A stretch of DNA of 64,000 nucleotides from Candidatus Daviesbacteria bacterium (GCA_016176405.1 JACOXG010000012.1:2217-66216); one strand, 5' to 3'. Counted from the stretch's first letter, positions 8,425-17,820 are shown. The notes: generated by a model not told the origin, from the letters alone. Program-made: numbers and translations.

Positions 8425-9486
8425 ATGGCAGAGGAGAGAAGCGTTGATCAAATTGACAATGCTCCTGAGGAAAAAGCCCGCGGTATTACTATTAATATTT
8501 CTCACCAAGAATATGAAACACCATCTAGACATTATGCTCACATCGACATGCCAGGTCACGCAGATTACATCAAAAATATGATCACTGGTGCTGCTCAGAC
8601 TGATGGAGCAATTTTGGTGGTGTCTGCTCCAGATGGTCCCATGCCTCAAACCAGAGAACATCTTTTACTGGCTCGCCAAGTAGGAGTGCCAGCCATTGTG
8701 GTTTATCTCAATAAAATTGATCAGGTGTCTGATCCAGAGTTGATTGATTTAGTTGAGGAAGAAATTAGAGATTTACTAAAAAAATATGAATATGATCCGC
8801 AATCTCCTATTATTCGAGGTTCAGCTTTGAAAGCTTTGCAAGGTGATGCTGAGGCTGTCAAATCAATTGAGGAACTGATGGCCAAAGTGGATGAATGGAT
8901 TCCCACCCCAGTAAGGGATGTGGATAAGCCATTTTTGATGGCGGTAGAGGATGTTTTCTCAATCAAGGGTAGAGGAACAGTAGTCACTGGAAGAATTGAA
9001 AGAGGTAAGGTTAAAATTAATGAGGAAATAGAAATTGTGGGAATTAGACCTACCAAAAAGAGTGTGGTAACCGGAATTGAGATGTTTCATAAACTTTTGG
9101 ATGAAGGTCAGGCAGGAGATAATGCCGGAATTTTACTAAGAGGAATTGAAAAAGATGATGTGGAAAGAGGGCAAGTTTTGGCCAAACCTGGTTCAATTAC
9201 TCCCCACTCAGAGTTTGAAGCAGAAGTTTATGTGTTAAGTAAAGAAGAGGGTGGAAGACACACTCCATTTTTCAAAGGTTACAGACCACAATTTTATATT
9301 AGAACTACAGATGTGACTGGTGAGGTGCAATTGCCAGAAGGTGTGGAGATGGCCATGCCAGGAGATACTGTAAAGGTAGTGGGAAAATTAATTACCCCAG
9401 TGGCTATGGAAGAAGGATTAAGATTTGCTGTTAGAGAAGGTGGAAAAACAGTTGGAGCTGGAGTTATTACCAAGATAATAGCTTAA
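8425..9486 (+). CDS. tuf: elongation factor Tu, N-terminally truncated (G1/P-loop GHVDHGKT absent). Possible pseudogene or assembly artefact
   Basis: The frame upstream of the first ATG reads [47 protein letters not shown]. Homology begins at EF-Tu residue ~26, downstream of the P-loop. No in-frame start or GHVDHGKT occurs in any frame between the fusA stop (8368) and 8425. The remainder (DxPGHADY, NKID, domains II-III) is intact. Confidence 0.85.
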   Translation: MAEERSVDQIDNAPEEKARGITINISHQEYETPSRHYAHIDMPGHADYIKNMITGAAQTDGAILVVSAPDGPMPQTREHLLLARQVGVPAIVVYLNKIDQVSDPELIDLVEEEIRDLLKKYEYDPQSPIIRGSALKALQGDAEAVKSIEELMAKVDEWIPTPVRDVDKPFLMAVEDVFSIKGRGTVVTGRIERGKVKINEEIEIVGIRPTKKSVVTGIEMFHKLLDEGQAGDNAGILLRGIEKDDVERGQVLAKPGSITPHSEFEAEVYVLSKEEGGRHTPFFKGYRPQFYIRTTDVTGEVQLPEGVEMAMPGDTVKVVGKLITPVAMEEGLRFAVREGGKTVGAGVITKIIA

Positions 9487-9512
9487 AGTGGTAAAATAGT
9501 TAGCACATTAAT

Positions 9513-9821
9513 ATGCCAAGAGGGAGAATTCGTGTCAAACTGAAAAGTTATGATCACCGAGTGCTGGATAGCACTTGTGAATCCCTTTTGGATACCGCCC
9601 TTAGAACCGGTGCTAAAATTGTTGGTCCCATTCCCCTTCCTACTAAAATTGAAAGAATTACAGTTTTAAGATCTCCTCATACAGATAAAAATTCCAGAGA
9701 AGCTTTTGAAATTAAAACTCACAAAAGATTGGTAGATATTGTTGAACCCACCCAAAAAACCATCGATTCCCTAATGCATTTAGAAATCCCAGCAGGAGTT
9801 GATATTGAAGTTAAGATGTAG
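9513..9821 (+). CDS. rpsJ: 30S ribosomal protein S10
   Basis: [19 protein letters not shown]...[38 protein letters not shown] is canonical S10. Confidence 0.93.
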   Translation: MPRGRIRVKLKSYDHRVLDSTCESLLDTALRTGAKIVGPIPLPTKIERITVLRSPHTDKNSREAFEIKTHKRLVDIVEPTQKTIDSLMHLEIPAGVDIEVKM

Positions 9822-9986
9822 CCTTGCATTCAGCCTCGAACTTGTGTTAAAATTCTGTAAGAACATGTTAATTACTTAAAGTTTATCTTTAAGAACTATC
9901 AGTAGATCGCGCGTCGGGGAACGATACGGCGAATCTTTAAGCGAGATACTGAGTGAGCGCTCCAGAAATGGGCCTCACTCTTTTTA

Positions 9987-10832
9987 ATGGGAAAAAACAT
10001 GATTAATACATTATTAGGAATTAAAAAAACTATGACTAGTACATATGACTCCCGCGGTAGAAGGGTAGGGGCAACTGTGGTTGAAATGAGTCCCAATTTT
10101 GTAACTCAAATAAAAACTATGGATGGGAAAGATGGCTATAATGGAGTTCAACTTGGGTTTGGCACAAAAAAATCTGTTAAGAAACCCCAACTTGGACTAG
10201 GGAAAAAACTAGGAATAGAAAAACCAATCAGATGGTTTAGGGAAGTAAGAATTAAGGGTGAAGGGGAAAGCGTAAAGGGTGAAGAAATGAAACCTGGAAC
10301 AGAAATGAGCAAGCTCTCTCCTGGACAGGAGATAAAACTGGACCAGGTTTTTTCAATTGGAGATGAAGTTAAAGTAACAGGAACTTCCAAAGGCAGAGGA
10401 TTTGCCGGAGTGGTTAAAAGACACGGCTTTCATGGAGGTCCTAAAACTCATGGTCAATCAGATAGACATAGAGCTCCAGGTGCTATTGGTTCTGGAACAA
10501 CTCCGGGTAGAGTTTATAAAGGTAAAAAAATGGCAGGGCATATGGGAAATGTTCAAGTTTCTACTAGGGGTTTAGAGGTAGTGGGAATAGATAAAGAAAA
10601 AAATTTATTAACAATTAAAGGAGCAGTTCCTGGAGCAACTGGGGGGTTAGTTACGGTTACCAAATTAGGCAGAATTAAGGGCTATACTCCACCTCCGGAG
10701 GAAAAGGTGGAAGAAAGTGATGAGGGAGAAGTGCAAAGTGCAAAGTCAGAACCAGCTGAATCAAATGAAGCACCGAAAGAGGCGCCTTCGCCAGAGGCTA
10801 CGGCGCCCGAAGGAGGAAAAGATGCCAGTTAA
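9987..10832 (+). CDS. rplC: 50S ribosomal protein L3 with an acidic ~60-aa C-terminal extension
   Basis: GIKKTMTSTYDSRGRRVGATVVE...GFAGVVKRHGFHGGPKTHGQSDRHRAPGAIGSGTTPGRVYKGKKMAGHMG matches L3. Alternative start ATG at 9999. The tail EESDEGEVQSAKSEPAESNEAPKEAPSPEA is lineage-specific. Confidence 0.9.
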   Translation: MGKNMINTLLGIKKTMTSTYDSRGRRVGATVVEMSPNFVTQIKTMDGKDGYNGVQLGFGTKKSVKKPQLGLGKKLGIEKPIRWFREVRIKGEGESVKGEEMKPGTEMSKLSPGQEIKLDQVFSIGDEVKVTGTSKGRGFAGVVKRHGFHGGPKTHGQSDRHRAPGAIGSGTTPGRVYKGKKMAGHMGNVQVSTRGLEVVGIDKEKNLLTIKGAVPGATGGLVTVTKLGRIKGYTPPPEEKVEESDEGEVQSAKSEPAESNEAPKEAPSPEATAPEGGKDAS

Positions 10833-11574
10833 AAAGAAAGTAATAAATAATAAGCGAAGCTTTCCTTCTACTAACGTAGAACGTAAGAAACAAGTAACAA
10901 GTAAAAAAGTTACCCCAAAAGCTAGTGGATTATCTATACCAGTGTATTCTCTAGCAGGCAGAGCATCTGGAAAATTATCTTTACCAAAAGAAATTTTTGG
11001 GCAAAAAGTTAATAAAACTTTACTGGCTCAAGCTTTAAGAGTTTATATGGCCAATGTAAAAGGTCATTTTGGATCAACCAAAACTCGGGGTGAAGTTAGA
11101 GGTTCCACTGCCAAAATTTACAGACAAAAAGGAACTGGTCGAGCCAGACACGGTGCAATCAGGGCACCGATTTTTGTAGGTGGAGGAATTACTTTTGGTC
11201 CAAAACCGCGCAAAGTTAGATTAGATCTGCCCAAAAAAATGAAAAAAGCAGCTTTAGTTTCTGCTTTATCTTCCAAAATAGCAGATAAACAAGCCATTGG
11301 TTTAACTGGTATAGATAAAGCTTCTGGTAAAACTAAGGAATTTGTCAGTCTTTTAGATAAAGTGAGGGGTAAAGGAAAAAATATCAGCTCTCTAATTGTG
11401 ACTGGAGACAAAACAGATAATGTGGTCAGGGCTGTGAGAAATATTCCAGGAGTGGATGCATTACCCATTAATTTAATAAATACTTATGAGGTGTTGAAGC
11501 ATGACATGTTGCTTATCACAAAAGAGGCAGTTGATATTTTAAGCGGAAAGGGTAAAGCGGAAAGGGTAAAGTAA
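10822..11574 (+). CDS. rplD: 50S ribosomal protein L4 with a basic N-terminal extension
   Basis: The ATG at 10822 lies 6 nt after an AGGAGG SD and overlaps the rplC stop. ...TKTRGEVRGSTAKIYRQKGTGRARHGAIRAPIFVGGG is the L4 core. The longer ORF starting at 10717 overlaps rplC and was rejected. Confidence 0.88.
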   Translation: MPVKKKVINNKRSFPSTNVERKKQVTSKKVTPKASGLSIPVYSLAGRASGKLSLPKEIFGQKVNKTLLAQALRVYMANVKGHFGSTKTRGEVRGSTAKIYRQKGTGRARHGAIRAPIFVGGGITFGPKPRKVRLDLPKKMKKAALVSALSSKIADKQAIGLTGIDKASGKTKEFVSLLDKVRGKGKNISSLIVTGDKTDNVVRAVRNIPGVDALPINLINTYEVLKHDMLLITKEAVDILSGKGKAERVK

Positions 11575-11576
11575 AT

Positions 11577-12011
11577 ATGCATATTGTTCTTAAAAGACCA
11601 CTTATTACAGAGAAATCAATGAAATTGGCAGATAAACATCTGTATACCTTTGAAGTGGATAAAAATGCTACCAAAGATGCTATTGCTAAGGCCGTTACAG
11701 ATAAATTTAGTGTCAAAGTTGTTGGAGTTAAAACAATCAATGTTAAGGGGGAGAGAAAATCTCAAAGAAGGGTCAGAAAGTTTTATCACACTACTGGTTT
11801 CAAAAAGGCTATTGTCCAGGTGGGTAAAACGCAAAAGATTGCCCTTTTTGAAACACCAAAAGAAGAGGAAGTGACTGTTACGACTGCCGAAGGAGAGCCA
11901 ATTAAATTAAAAGAGAAAAAAGATCTTTTGGGAAGAACCAAAGTGAGGGTTGAGAAAGGTGGAGCAGGCGCTGCTCCTACAACTCAGAGAAAGGTGATCA
12001 CAGGTAAGTGA
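11577..12011 (+). CDS. rplW: 50S ribosomal protein L23 with a C-terminal extension
   Basis: MHIVLKRPLITEKSMKLADKHLYTFEVDKNATKDAIAKAVTDKFSVKVVGVKTINVKGERK matches L23. About 50 extra C-terminal residues. Confidence 0.88.
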   Translation: MHIVLKRPLITEKSMKLADKHLYTFEVDKNATKDAIAKAVTDKFSVKVVGVKTINVKGERKSQRRVRKFYHTTGFKKAIVQVGKTQKIALFETPKEEEVTVTTAEGEPIKLKEKKDLLGRTKVRVEKGGAGAAPTTQRKVITGK

Positions 12012-12012
12012 T

Positions 12013-12768
12013 ATGGAACAAATGATGGCACCCAAAAACTTAAGAACTATTTTAAAAAAGCATTCAGGCAGAAGCCATGGTCAGGTGACTGTTAGAGCTC
12101 AGGGTGGAAGACACAAAAGATATTTTAGAGATATTGATTTTAAAAGAGATAAATTTGGGGTGGAGGGTGAGGTAGTTGGGTTGGAATATGACCCTAATAG
12201 AAATGTGGATATTGCCTTAATTAAATATGCTGATGGTGAATATAGATATATTTTGGCTCCTTCGGGGTTAAAAATTGGCGATAAAGTCATCTCAGATGAA
12301 AAAGTGGAGATTAAGGTGGGTAATGCCCAGAAATTGAAAAATATCTCAATTGGGACCATTGTTCATAATGTGGAACTGATTCCAGGAATGGGCGGCAAAT
12401 TGGGCAGAAGTGCCGGAGTAGGGATACAGGTTTTAGCCAGAGAAGGTGGTTTTGTCCATCTGAAAATGCCATCCTCAGAAATAAGAATGGTACCGGAAGA
12501 TAGTTTGGCCACGATTGGAAAATTGGGTCATGAAGAATTTATGCAAAGAGTTTTGGGTAAAGCTGGGCGTTCCAGACACATGGGGATAAAACCAACAGTC
12601 AGAGGAGTGGCGCAAGATCCTCATTCTCACCCACATGGTGGCGGAGAGGGTAGATCTGGAATTGGAAGAAAGCGGCCAATGACAGTTTATGGAAGGCCAG
12701 CGGTGGGGAAAACCAGAGCTAAAGATAAATGGACCAGTAAGTTTATTTTGAAAAGGAGAAAAGTCTAA
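12013..12768 (+). CDS. rplB: 50S ribosomal protein L2
   Basis: ...[17 protein letters not shown]...[23 protein letters not shown]...[25 protein letters not shown] is canonical L2. Confidence 0.93.
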   Translation: MEQMMAPKNLRTILKKHSGRSHGQVTVRAQGGRHKRYFRDIDFKRDKFGVEGEVVGLEYDPNRNVDIALIKYADGEYRYILAPSGLKIGDKVISDEKVEIKVGNAQKLKNISIGTIVHNVELIPGMGGKLGRSAGVGIQVLAREGGFVHLKMPSSEIRMVPEDSLATIGKLGHEEFMQRVLGKAGRSRHMGIKPTVRGVAQDPHSHPHGGGEGRSGIGRKRPMTVYGRPAVGKTRAKDKWTSKFILKRRKV

Positions 12769-13052
12769 TGTCCAGAAGTACAAAAAAGGGTCCGTATATT
12801 GATGAAAAATTGATGAAAAAGGTGCAAGCTCAAAAAGCTTCTGGCAAAAAGGAGCCAATTAAAACTTGGGCTAGATCCTCGCAGATTCCGCCAGAGTTTG
12901 TTGGTCATACTTTTTTAGTCCATCAGGGCAAAAATTTTGTTTCTGTATATGTCTCTGAATCTATGGTCGGACAAAGATTGGGAGAATTTGCCCCAACCAG
13001 AATTTTTAGAGCACATGGAAAAGTGACAGAAAAATCTACGGCGAAGACGTAA
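12768..13052 (+). CDS. rpsS: 30S ribosomal protein S19
   Basis: [19 protein letters not shown]...[30 protein letters not shown] is canonical S19. Confidence 0.93.
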   Translation: MSRSTKKGPYIDEKLMKKVQAQKASGKKEPIKTWARSSQIPPEFVGHTFLVHQGKNFVSVYVSESMVGQRLGEFAPTRIFRAHGKVTEKSTAKT

Positions 13053-13061
13053 GATTTATAA

Positions 13062-13116
13062 GGACCTGATGCCCTCGCAGTATGGGATATTATACTGCTC
13101 GGTCATCAGAACCTTG
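13062..13116 (+). repeat. family-2 hairpin repeat, copy A (intergenic rpsS-rplV)
   Basis: ggaCCTGATGccctCGCAGTATgggatattATACTGCtcggtCATCAGaacctt. Nested perfect inverted repeats. Shares termini ggacctg...cagaacctt and loop atatt with copy B. Confidence 0.7.
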
Positions 13117-13137
13117 TAATTTTGTAGGAACAAAATT

Positions 13138-13494
13138 ATGGAAGCACAAACAATACAAAAATATATACACAGTAGCCCTCGGAAATTGAGGTTAGTAGCA
13201 GATATGGTGAGAGAAATAGAGCCCGCAAGGGCTTTGGATATTTTAACAATCACCCCAAAATCTGCTGCCAAAGATTTGTCTTCTGCCATCAGAACTGCTT
13301 TGGCCAATGCTAAACAAAAGGGTTTAGATGAAAGTAAAGTCACTTTCAAAAAAATTGAGATTAATGAAGGAACCAAGATGAAAAGGTATCGAGCTGGTGC
13401 CAGAGGAAGGGCTAAACCATATGCTAGAAGAATGAGCCATATCAAAATAGTGTTGAGTGATGAGAAAGGAGAAGTAGGTGGGACAAAAGATTAA
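13138..13494 (+). CDS. rplV: 50S ribosomal protein L22
   Basis: MEAQTIQKYIHSSPRKLRLVADMVRE...ALANAKQKGLDESKVTFKKIEINEGTKMKRYRAGARGRAKPYARRMSHIKIVL matches L22. Confidence 0.92.
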   Translation: MEAQTIQKYIHSSPRKLRLVADMVREIEPARALDILTITPKSAAKDLSSAIRTALANAKQKGLDESKVTFKKIEINEGTKMKRYRAGARGRAKPYARRMSHIKIVLSDEKGEVGGTKD

Positions 13495-14119
13495 CCCGGT
13501 TGGTTTTAGAATGGGCATTGGTACAAGCTGGCAATCACGCTGGTTTGCTACTGATAATAAATACAAAGAATTTATTGCTGAAGATCTAAAAATTAGAGAA
13601 CTGTTGATGAAAAAACTTCGTCCAGCAGGGATTGGCAAGATAGAAATAGAAAGGTCAAGCAATAAAGTGAAAATAATTATTCATGTGTCTCGCCCAGGAG
13701 TATTGATTGGTAGAGGAGGTACTGGACTGGAGGAACTGAAAAATTTCTTGATGAAAAATTTAAACATTAAAGATAAGAATTCTTTGGAGGTAGTGCCTAT
13801 GGAAATTAGAGCTTCTGATTTATCTGCATATCTGGTGGCTCAATCAGTGGCTGAACAACTGGCCAAAAGAATGCCTGCTCAAAGGGTAATGAATCAAACT
13901 GTAGAAAGAGTAATGAGAGCAGGAGCCAAAGGAGTGAGGGTGGTTTTATCCGGCCGTATTGGTGGAGCAGAAATAGCCAGACGTGAGTGGAAGGCCAGAG
14001 GGACCATGCCCCTCCATACTTTAAGAGCAGATATTGATTTTGCTGTATATCCTGCCCTGACCAAATCCGGTTATGTGGGAGTAAAGGTTTGGATTAATAA
14101 GGGTGAGGTTGAGATATGA
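13478..14119 (+). CDS. rpsC: 30S ribosomal protein S3
   Basis: GTG start after an AAAGGAG SD. MGQKINPVGFRMGIGTSWQSRWFA...KH domain...LIGRGGTGLEELK. Overlaps the rplV 3' end by 17 nt. Confidence 0.92.
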   Translation: MGQKINPVGFRMGIGTSWQSRWFATDNKYKEFIAEDLKIRELLMKKLRPAGIGKIEIERSSNKVKIIIHVSRPGVLIGRGGTGLEELKNFLMKNLNIKDKNSLEVVPMEIRASDLSAYLVAQSVAEQLAKRMPAQRVMNQTVERVMRAGAKGVRVVLSGRIGGAEIARREWKARGTMPLHTLRADIDFAVYPALTKSGYVGVKVWINKGEVEI

Positions 14120-14182
14120 TAACCTCACCCTTGCCTTTTTGGCTTCGCCAAAAACGTAAAGGAGAGGTAGAAAGGTAAAATT

Positions 14183-14599
14183 ATGGCTTTATTGCAACCA
14201 AAAAGAACTAAATACAGAAAAACTTTTAAAGGTGTCAGAACTGGGATAGCCACCCGTAGTAATAAATTGGCCTTTGGTACTTTTGGCCTCAAAGTAATGG
14301 AAGCTGGTTGGATCTCAGCCAGACAACTAGAGGCAGCAAGAAGAGCCATGGCTCACTTTACTCAAAGAGGTGGACGTATTTGGATTAGAATTTTTCCTGA
14401 TAAACCCATTACCAAACATCCAGCAGAAAGTAGAATGGGTTCTGGTAAAGGTGATGTGGAAGGGTATGTGGCTGTGGTCAAAAGAGGACAATTAGTTTTT
14501 GAAATGGGAGCAATTGATAGAGGGGTAGCTCAGGAAGCATTAAGGTTGGCTGCCCATAAATTACCGGTAGCTACTAAATTTATTGAGAAAGGTGAGTAA
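14183..14599 (+). CDS. rplP: 50S ribosomal protein L16
   Basis: [56 protein letters not shown] matches L16. Confidence 0.93.
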   Translation: MALLQPKRTKYRKTFKGVRTGIATRSNKLAFGTFGLKVMEAGWISARQLEAARRAMAHFTQRGGRIWIRIFPDKPITKHPAESRMGSGKGDVEGYVAVVKRGQLVFEMGAIDRGVAQEALRLAAHKLPVATKFIEKGE

Positions 14600-14603
14600 T
14601 TTT

Positions 14604-14888
14604 GTGAAAAAACGAGAATTGACACAAATTAAAAGTTTACCAGTCAAAGAGCTAATTTTAAAAGCAAAAGCCATCAAAGGAGAAATAGCAAATTTAGTGA
14701 TTGATAAAAATATCAAAAAGTTAAAAGATACCAGATCTATTTTTAAAAAAAGAAAAGATTTGGCTCAGGTTTTAACAATTATCAGGCAAAAACAATTACT
14801 TGAAAAATTAGAATCTAGAGTCGAGAGTCAAGAGTCTAGTAAAGAAGTGTCAAAAGCTGAAACAAGAAAGGAGAAAACTAGTCTCTAG
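14604..14888 (+). CDS. rpmC: 50S ribosomal protein L29 with a C-terminal Lys/Glu/Ser-rich extension
   Basis: ELTQIKSLPVKELILKAKAIKGEIANLVID...LAQVLTIIRQK matches the L29 fold. A GTG start at 14604 follows a GAGAAAGGTGAG SD. An alternative TTG at 14583 overlaps rplP. Its tail contains a 35-nt repeat shared with recX. Confidence 0.75.
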   Translation: MKKRELTQIKSLPVKELILKAKAIKGEIANLVIDKNIKKLKDTRSIFKKRKDLAQVLTIIRQKQLLEKLESRVESQESSKEVSKAETRKEKTSL

Positions 14889-14911
14889 ACTCTAGCGACT
14901 AGTCACTACTT

Positions 14912-15307
14912 ATGATTGGTAGAGTTGTTTCAATAAAATCAAAATCAACTGCTACTGTTTTAGTGGAAAGACAATCCATGAGCAGATTATATGGGAAAAC
15001 TTTTGTGAGAAGTAAAAAATATTTAGTAGATGATCCGCTTAGAGTTAAAGATGGAGATATGGTAGAGATTGAACAAAGTCGGCCTCAGTCAAAAAGAAAA
15101 CATTGGAGAATCATTAAAGTTTTGGGGAAAAATATAGCTGAACTTGCTAAAGCTCATTTAAAGAAAAAGGGTGAGGAAGCGATTGCCCAAGTTATGCCAG
15201 AAGAAAAGGAGACTGAAGAGTCATCAGAACTCAGTCGTCAGACGGAAGGTGAAGTGAATAAGAAACAAAGAAAATCTAAGGTAAGAAAGGAGAAGTCTGA
15301 AAGCTGA
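14912..15307 (+). CDS. rpsQ: 30S ribosomal protein S17 with a C-terminal extension
   Basis: MIGRVVSIKSKSTATVLVERQSMSRLYGKTFVRSKKYLVDDPLRVKDGDMVEIEQSRPQSKRKHWRI matches S17. About 45 extra K/E-rich residues. Confidence 0.9.
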   Translation: MIGRVVSIKSKSTATVLVERQSMSRLYGKTFVRSKKYLVDDPLRVKDGDMVEIEQSRPQSKRKHWRIIKVLGKNIAELAKAHLKKKGEEAIAQVMPEEKETEESSELSRQTEGEVNKKQRKSKVRKEKSES

Positions 15308-15325
15308 TAGCTGAAGACTAATTTC

Positions 15326-15694
15326 ATGGTACAACATCGAACAATGTTAACTGTTGCTGATAATAGCGGAGCAAAAATATTGCAGGTTATTCAACCACTC
15401 GGTGGCTCTGGTAAAAGAAAAGCCAAGGTTGGAGAAATAGTTGTTGCAGTTGTTAAAGGAGCTGATCCAAATGGGCAAGTTAAAGATCATGAAAAAGTTA
15501 AGGTAGTAATTGTCAGGTGTAAAAAAGAGTTAAGAAGAGATGATGGATCATACATTAAATTTGATGATAATGCTGGTGTGGTTATTGATGATGAGAAAAA
15601 TTTACGAGCCACCCGTATTTTTGGCCCAATTGCCAGAGAAGTTAGAGATGTGGGGTTTTCCAAAATAGTTTCTTTAGCCCAGGAGGTATGGTAA
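15326..15694 (+). CDS. rplN: 50S ribosomal protein L14
   Basis: [44 protein letters not shown]...[12 protein letters not shown] is canonical L14. Confidence 0.93.
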   Translation: MVQHRTMLTVADNSGAKILQVIQPLGGSGKRKAKVGEIVVAVVKGADPNGQVKDHEKVKVVIVRCKKELRRDDGSYIKFDDNAGVVIDDEKNLRATRIFGPIAREVRDVGFSKIVSLAQEVW

Positions 15695-16002
15695 AGGTGA
15701 AAATTAAAAAGGGAGATAAAGTCAAAATTTTATTAGGTAAAGATCGGGGAAAAGAGGGTACTGTTGAGTATGTCATGGCTAAGGATCAAAAGGTATTTGT
15801 AGGAGGGGCGAATATCTATAAAAGACATGTTAGGAAAATGGGTAACAGAGAGGGGGGTATTATTGATCTGCCTAAACCCTTGGATGTTTCTAATGTGGCC
15901 CTAATTTGCCCAAATTGCAAAAAGGTGACCAGGGTAGGTTTTAAAATGGTGGATAATGAGAAATCAAGAATTTGTAGAAAATGTGGAAAGGAGTTTAAAT
16001 GA
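15688..16002 (+). CDS. rplX: 50S ribosomal protein L24 with a C-terminal C4 zinc-ribbon
   Basis: [22 protein letters not shown] (KOW motif) followed by CPNC...CRKC. Confidence 0.88.
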   Translation: MVKVKIKKGDKVKILLGKDRGKEGTVEYVMAKDQKVFVGGANIYKRHVRKMGNREGGIIDLPKPLDVSNVALICPNCKKVTRVGFKMVDNEKSRICRKCGKEFK

Positions 16003-16020
16003 GTTGAGCGGACTCATGAA

Positions 16021-16090
16021 GGAGATCCTTCGACTCGCTTCGCTCGCTCAGGATGACAACAAAAGTTTAGAAATTATACTTTTGTTGTCA
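16021..16090 (+). repeat. family-1 palindromic repeat element, copy 1 (intergenic rplX-rplE)
   Basis: ggagatccttcgactcgcttcgctcgctcaggatgaca + hairpin TGACAACAAAAGT-ttagaaattata-ACTTTTGTTGTCA. It ends 1 nt before the rplE start. See 22077-22181 and 47786-47854. Confidence 0.8.
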
Positions 16091-16091
16091 A

Positions 16092-16637
16092 ATGACCATG
16101 AACAGACTTAAAGACAAATATCTAAAAGAAGTACAGGCTAAATTACAACAAGAACTGGGACTAAAGAACAGATTGGCCATACCCCGTTTGGATAAGATAG
16201 TCATCAGTATAGGTCTGGGAGAGGCCAAAGACAACAGTGGCATTTTAGATAAAGTTAAAATTTATTTGGCTGCTCTGGTTGGACAACAACCTGTTATAAC
16301 TTATGCTAAAAAATCTGTTGCTACTTTTAAAGTTTCTAAAGGTCAACCTATTGGGATGATGGTGACTTTAAGAGGTGATAAAATGTTTGCCTTCTTGGAT
16401 AAGTTAATTAATATTGTTTTACCCAAGGTGAGAGATTTTAAAGGTATCTCGGAAAAGTCCTTTGATACTCAAGGGAATTTAAATATTGGACTAAAAGAAC
16501 AGATTATTTTTCCTGAGGTAGATTATAAAGCAATTGATAAAGTGAGAGGTCTGGCTGTTACCATTACCAGCACTGCCAAAAATAAAGAGGAAGGGAGAAA
16601 ACTTTTAGAGGCATTGGGAATGCCGTTTAGGAGTTAA
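16092..16637 (+). CDS. rplE: 50S ribosomal protein L5
   Basis: [42 protein letters not shown]...[31 protein letters not shown] matches L5. Confidence 0.93.
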   Translation: MTMNRLKDKYLKEVQAKLQQELGLKNRLAIPRLDKIVISIGLGEAKDNSGILDKVKIYLAALVGQQPVITYAKKSVATFKVSKGQPIGMMVTLRGDKMFAFLDKLINIVLPKVRDFKGISEKSFDTQGNLNIGLKEQIIFPEVDYKAIDKVRGLAVTITSTAKNKEEGRKLLEALGMPFRS

Positions 16638-16641
16638 AACC

Positions 16642-16821
16642 ATGGCTAAGGTTTCGAATATTGTTAAAAAGAAATTTAAATATGAAGTTCAAAAAAGAAA
16701 CAGGTGTATGCGCTGTGGTAGATCTAGAGCCTATCTTAGAAAATTTGGTCTTTGTAGATTATGCTTTCGGGAATTTGCTCATAAAGGGCAATTGCCTGGA
16801 GTAAAGAAAGCGAGTTGGTAA
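16642..16821 (+). CDS. rpsZ: 30S ribosomal protein S14, zinc-binding type Z (59 aa)
   Basis: Manual translation gives [59 protein letters not shown]. It is shorter than the ORF-track cutoff. It carries the CxxC...CxxC ribbon and sits in the canonical position between rplE and rpsH. Confidence 0.85.
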   Translation: MAKVSNIVKKKFKYEVQKRNRCMRCGRSRAYLRKFGLCRLCFREFAHKGQLPGVKKASW

Positions 16822-17195
16822 TGGATCCAATAGCAGATGCATTAATCAGAGTTAAAAATGGTTATCTGGTTGGTAAAAGTCAGGTAACTTTAAAATATTC
16901 AAAATTAATCCTGACACTAATGAAACTTTTGCAAAAAGAGGGCTTTATCTCGGAAGTTTCGAAAAAAGATAAAGAAATTATTGTCAGCTTAAAATATGTC
17001 TCAAGAAAACCTGCTTTAACAGATGTTAAAAGAGTATCAAAACCATCTCTAAGAATATATAAAGGAGTCAGGTCAATACCTCAAGTTTTAAATGGTCTAG
17101 GAATCGCCGTTATCTCAACACCCAAAGGAATTATGACTGATAAGCAAGCAAGAAAAGCCAATGTGGGAGGGGAGGTATTAGCACTAGTTTGGTAG
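16821..17195 (+). CDS. rpsH: 30S ribosomal protein S8
   Basis: [43 protein letters not shown] matches S8. The ATG overlaps the rpsZ stop (taATGg). The track's upstream TTG at 16815 was rejected. Confidence 0.9.
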   Translation: MDPIADALIRVKNGYLVGKSQVTLKYSKLILTLMKLLQKEGFISEVSKKDKEIIVSLKYVSRKPALTDVKRVSKPSLRIYKGVRSIPQVLNGLGIAVISTPKGIMTDKQARKANVGGEVLALVW

Positions 17196-17217
17196 ATCAG
17201 TGAGTTTAAAATAATCA

Positions 17218-17787
17218 ATGAGTAGAATAGGCAATTTACCAATTAATATACCTGATGGAGTGACCGTTAAGAAAGATGGGAATATTGTTGTGGTTAATGG
17301 CTCAAAAGGAACTTTGAAGATGGAGGTAACTCCAGCAATCAAGATAGAAATAGAAAATAACCAAGTAATTGTTAAAAGAAAAAATGACGAAAAGGCGATT
17401 AAATCTTTACATGGTTTAACAAGAAGTTTGATTGACAATATGATCAAAGGTGTAACCGCGGGTTGGGAAAAAAATTTAGAACTCTCAGGGGTCGGTTTTA
17501 GGGGCCAAACAAGTGGAGAGAAACTAATTTTAAATGTGGGTTTTTCTCATCCGGTGGAAATTGCTGCCCCAGCAGGAATTACTTTTGAGGTAATAGATAA
17601 TACCAAGATAAAAGTTTTAGGAATTAATAAGGAGTTAGTAGGACAAGTGGCAGCCAATATTAGAAAAGTGAAAGTGCCAGATGTTTATAAAGGTAAGGGA
17701 ATAAAATATGAAGGTGAGTATATCAGAAAGAAGGTAGGTAAGACTGGTAAGATAGGAGCCATGGGAGCAGCAGGAGGAGGAAAATGA
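17218..17787 (+). CDS. rplF: 50S ribosomal protein L6
   Basis: MSRIGNLPINIPDGVTVKKDGNIVVVNGSKGTLKMEV matches L6. Gly-rich tail. Confidence 0.92.
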   Translation: MSRIGNLPINIPDGVTVKKDGNIVVVNGSKGTLKMEVTPAIKIEIENNQVIVKRKNDEKAIKSLHGLTRSLIDNMIKGVTAGWEKNLELSGVGFRGQTSGEKLILNVGFSHPVEIAAPAGITFEVIDNTKIKVLGINKELVGQVAANIRKVKVPDVYKGKGIKYEGEYIRKKVGKTGKIGAMGAAGGGK

Positions 17788-17820
17788 GGGAAAAGCGATC
17801 CCCTTTTCACTAATTAATAT

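Noticed and set aside
10717-10821. Upstream start for rplD overlapping the rplC 3' end
   Set aside because: An AGGAGG SD plus ATG at 10822 gives the L4 N-terminus. The extension is an out-of-frame overlap with the L3 tail.
14878-14909. Cluster of ACTAGT / TCTAGA sites resembling SpeI/XbaI cloning scars
   Set aside because: The same palindromic words recur within a natural-looking repeat inside rpmC and recX coding sequence. No vector-like sequence is adjacent. Interpreted as native short palindromic repeats.
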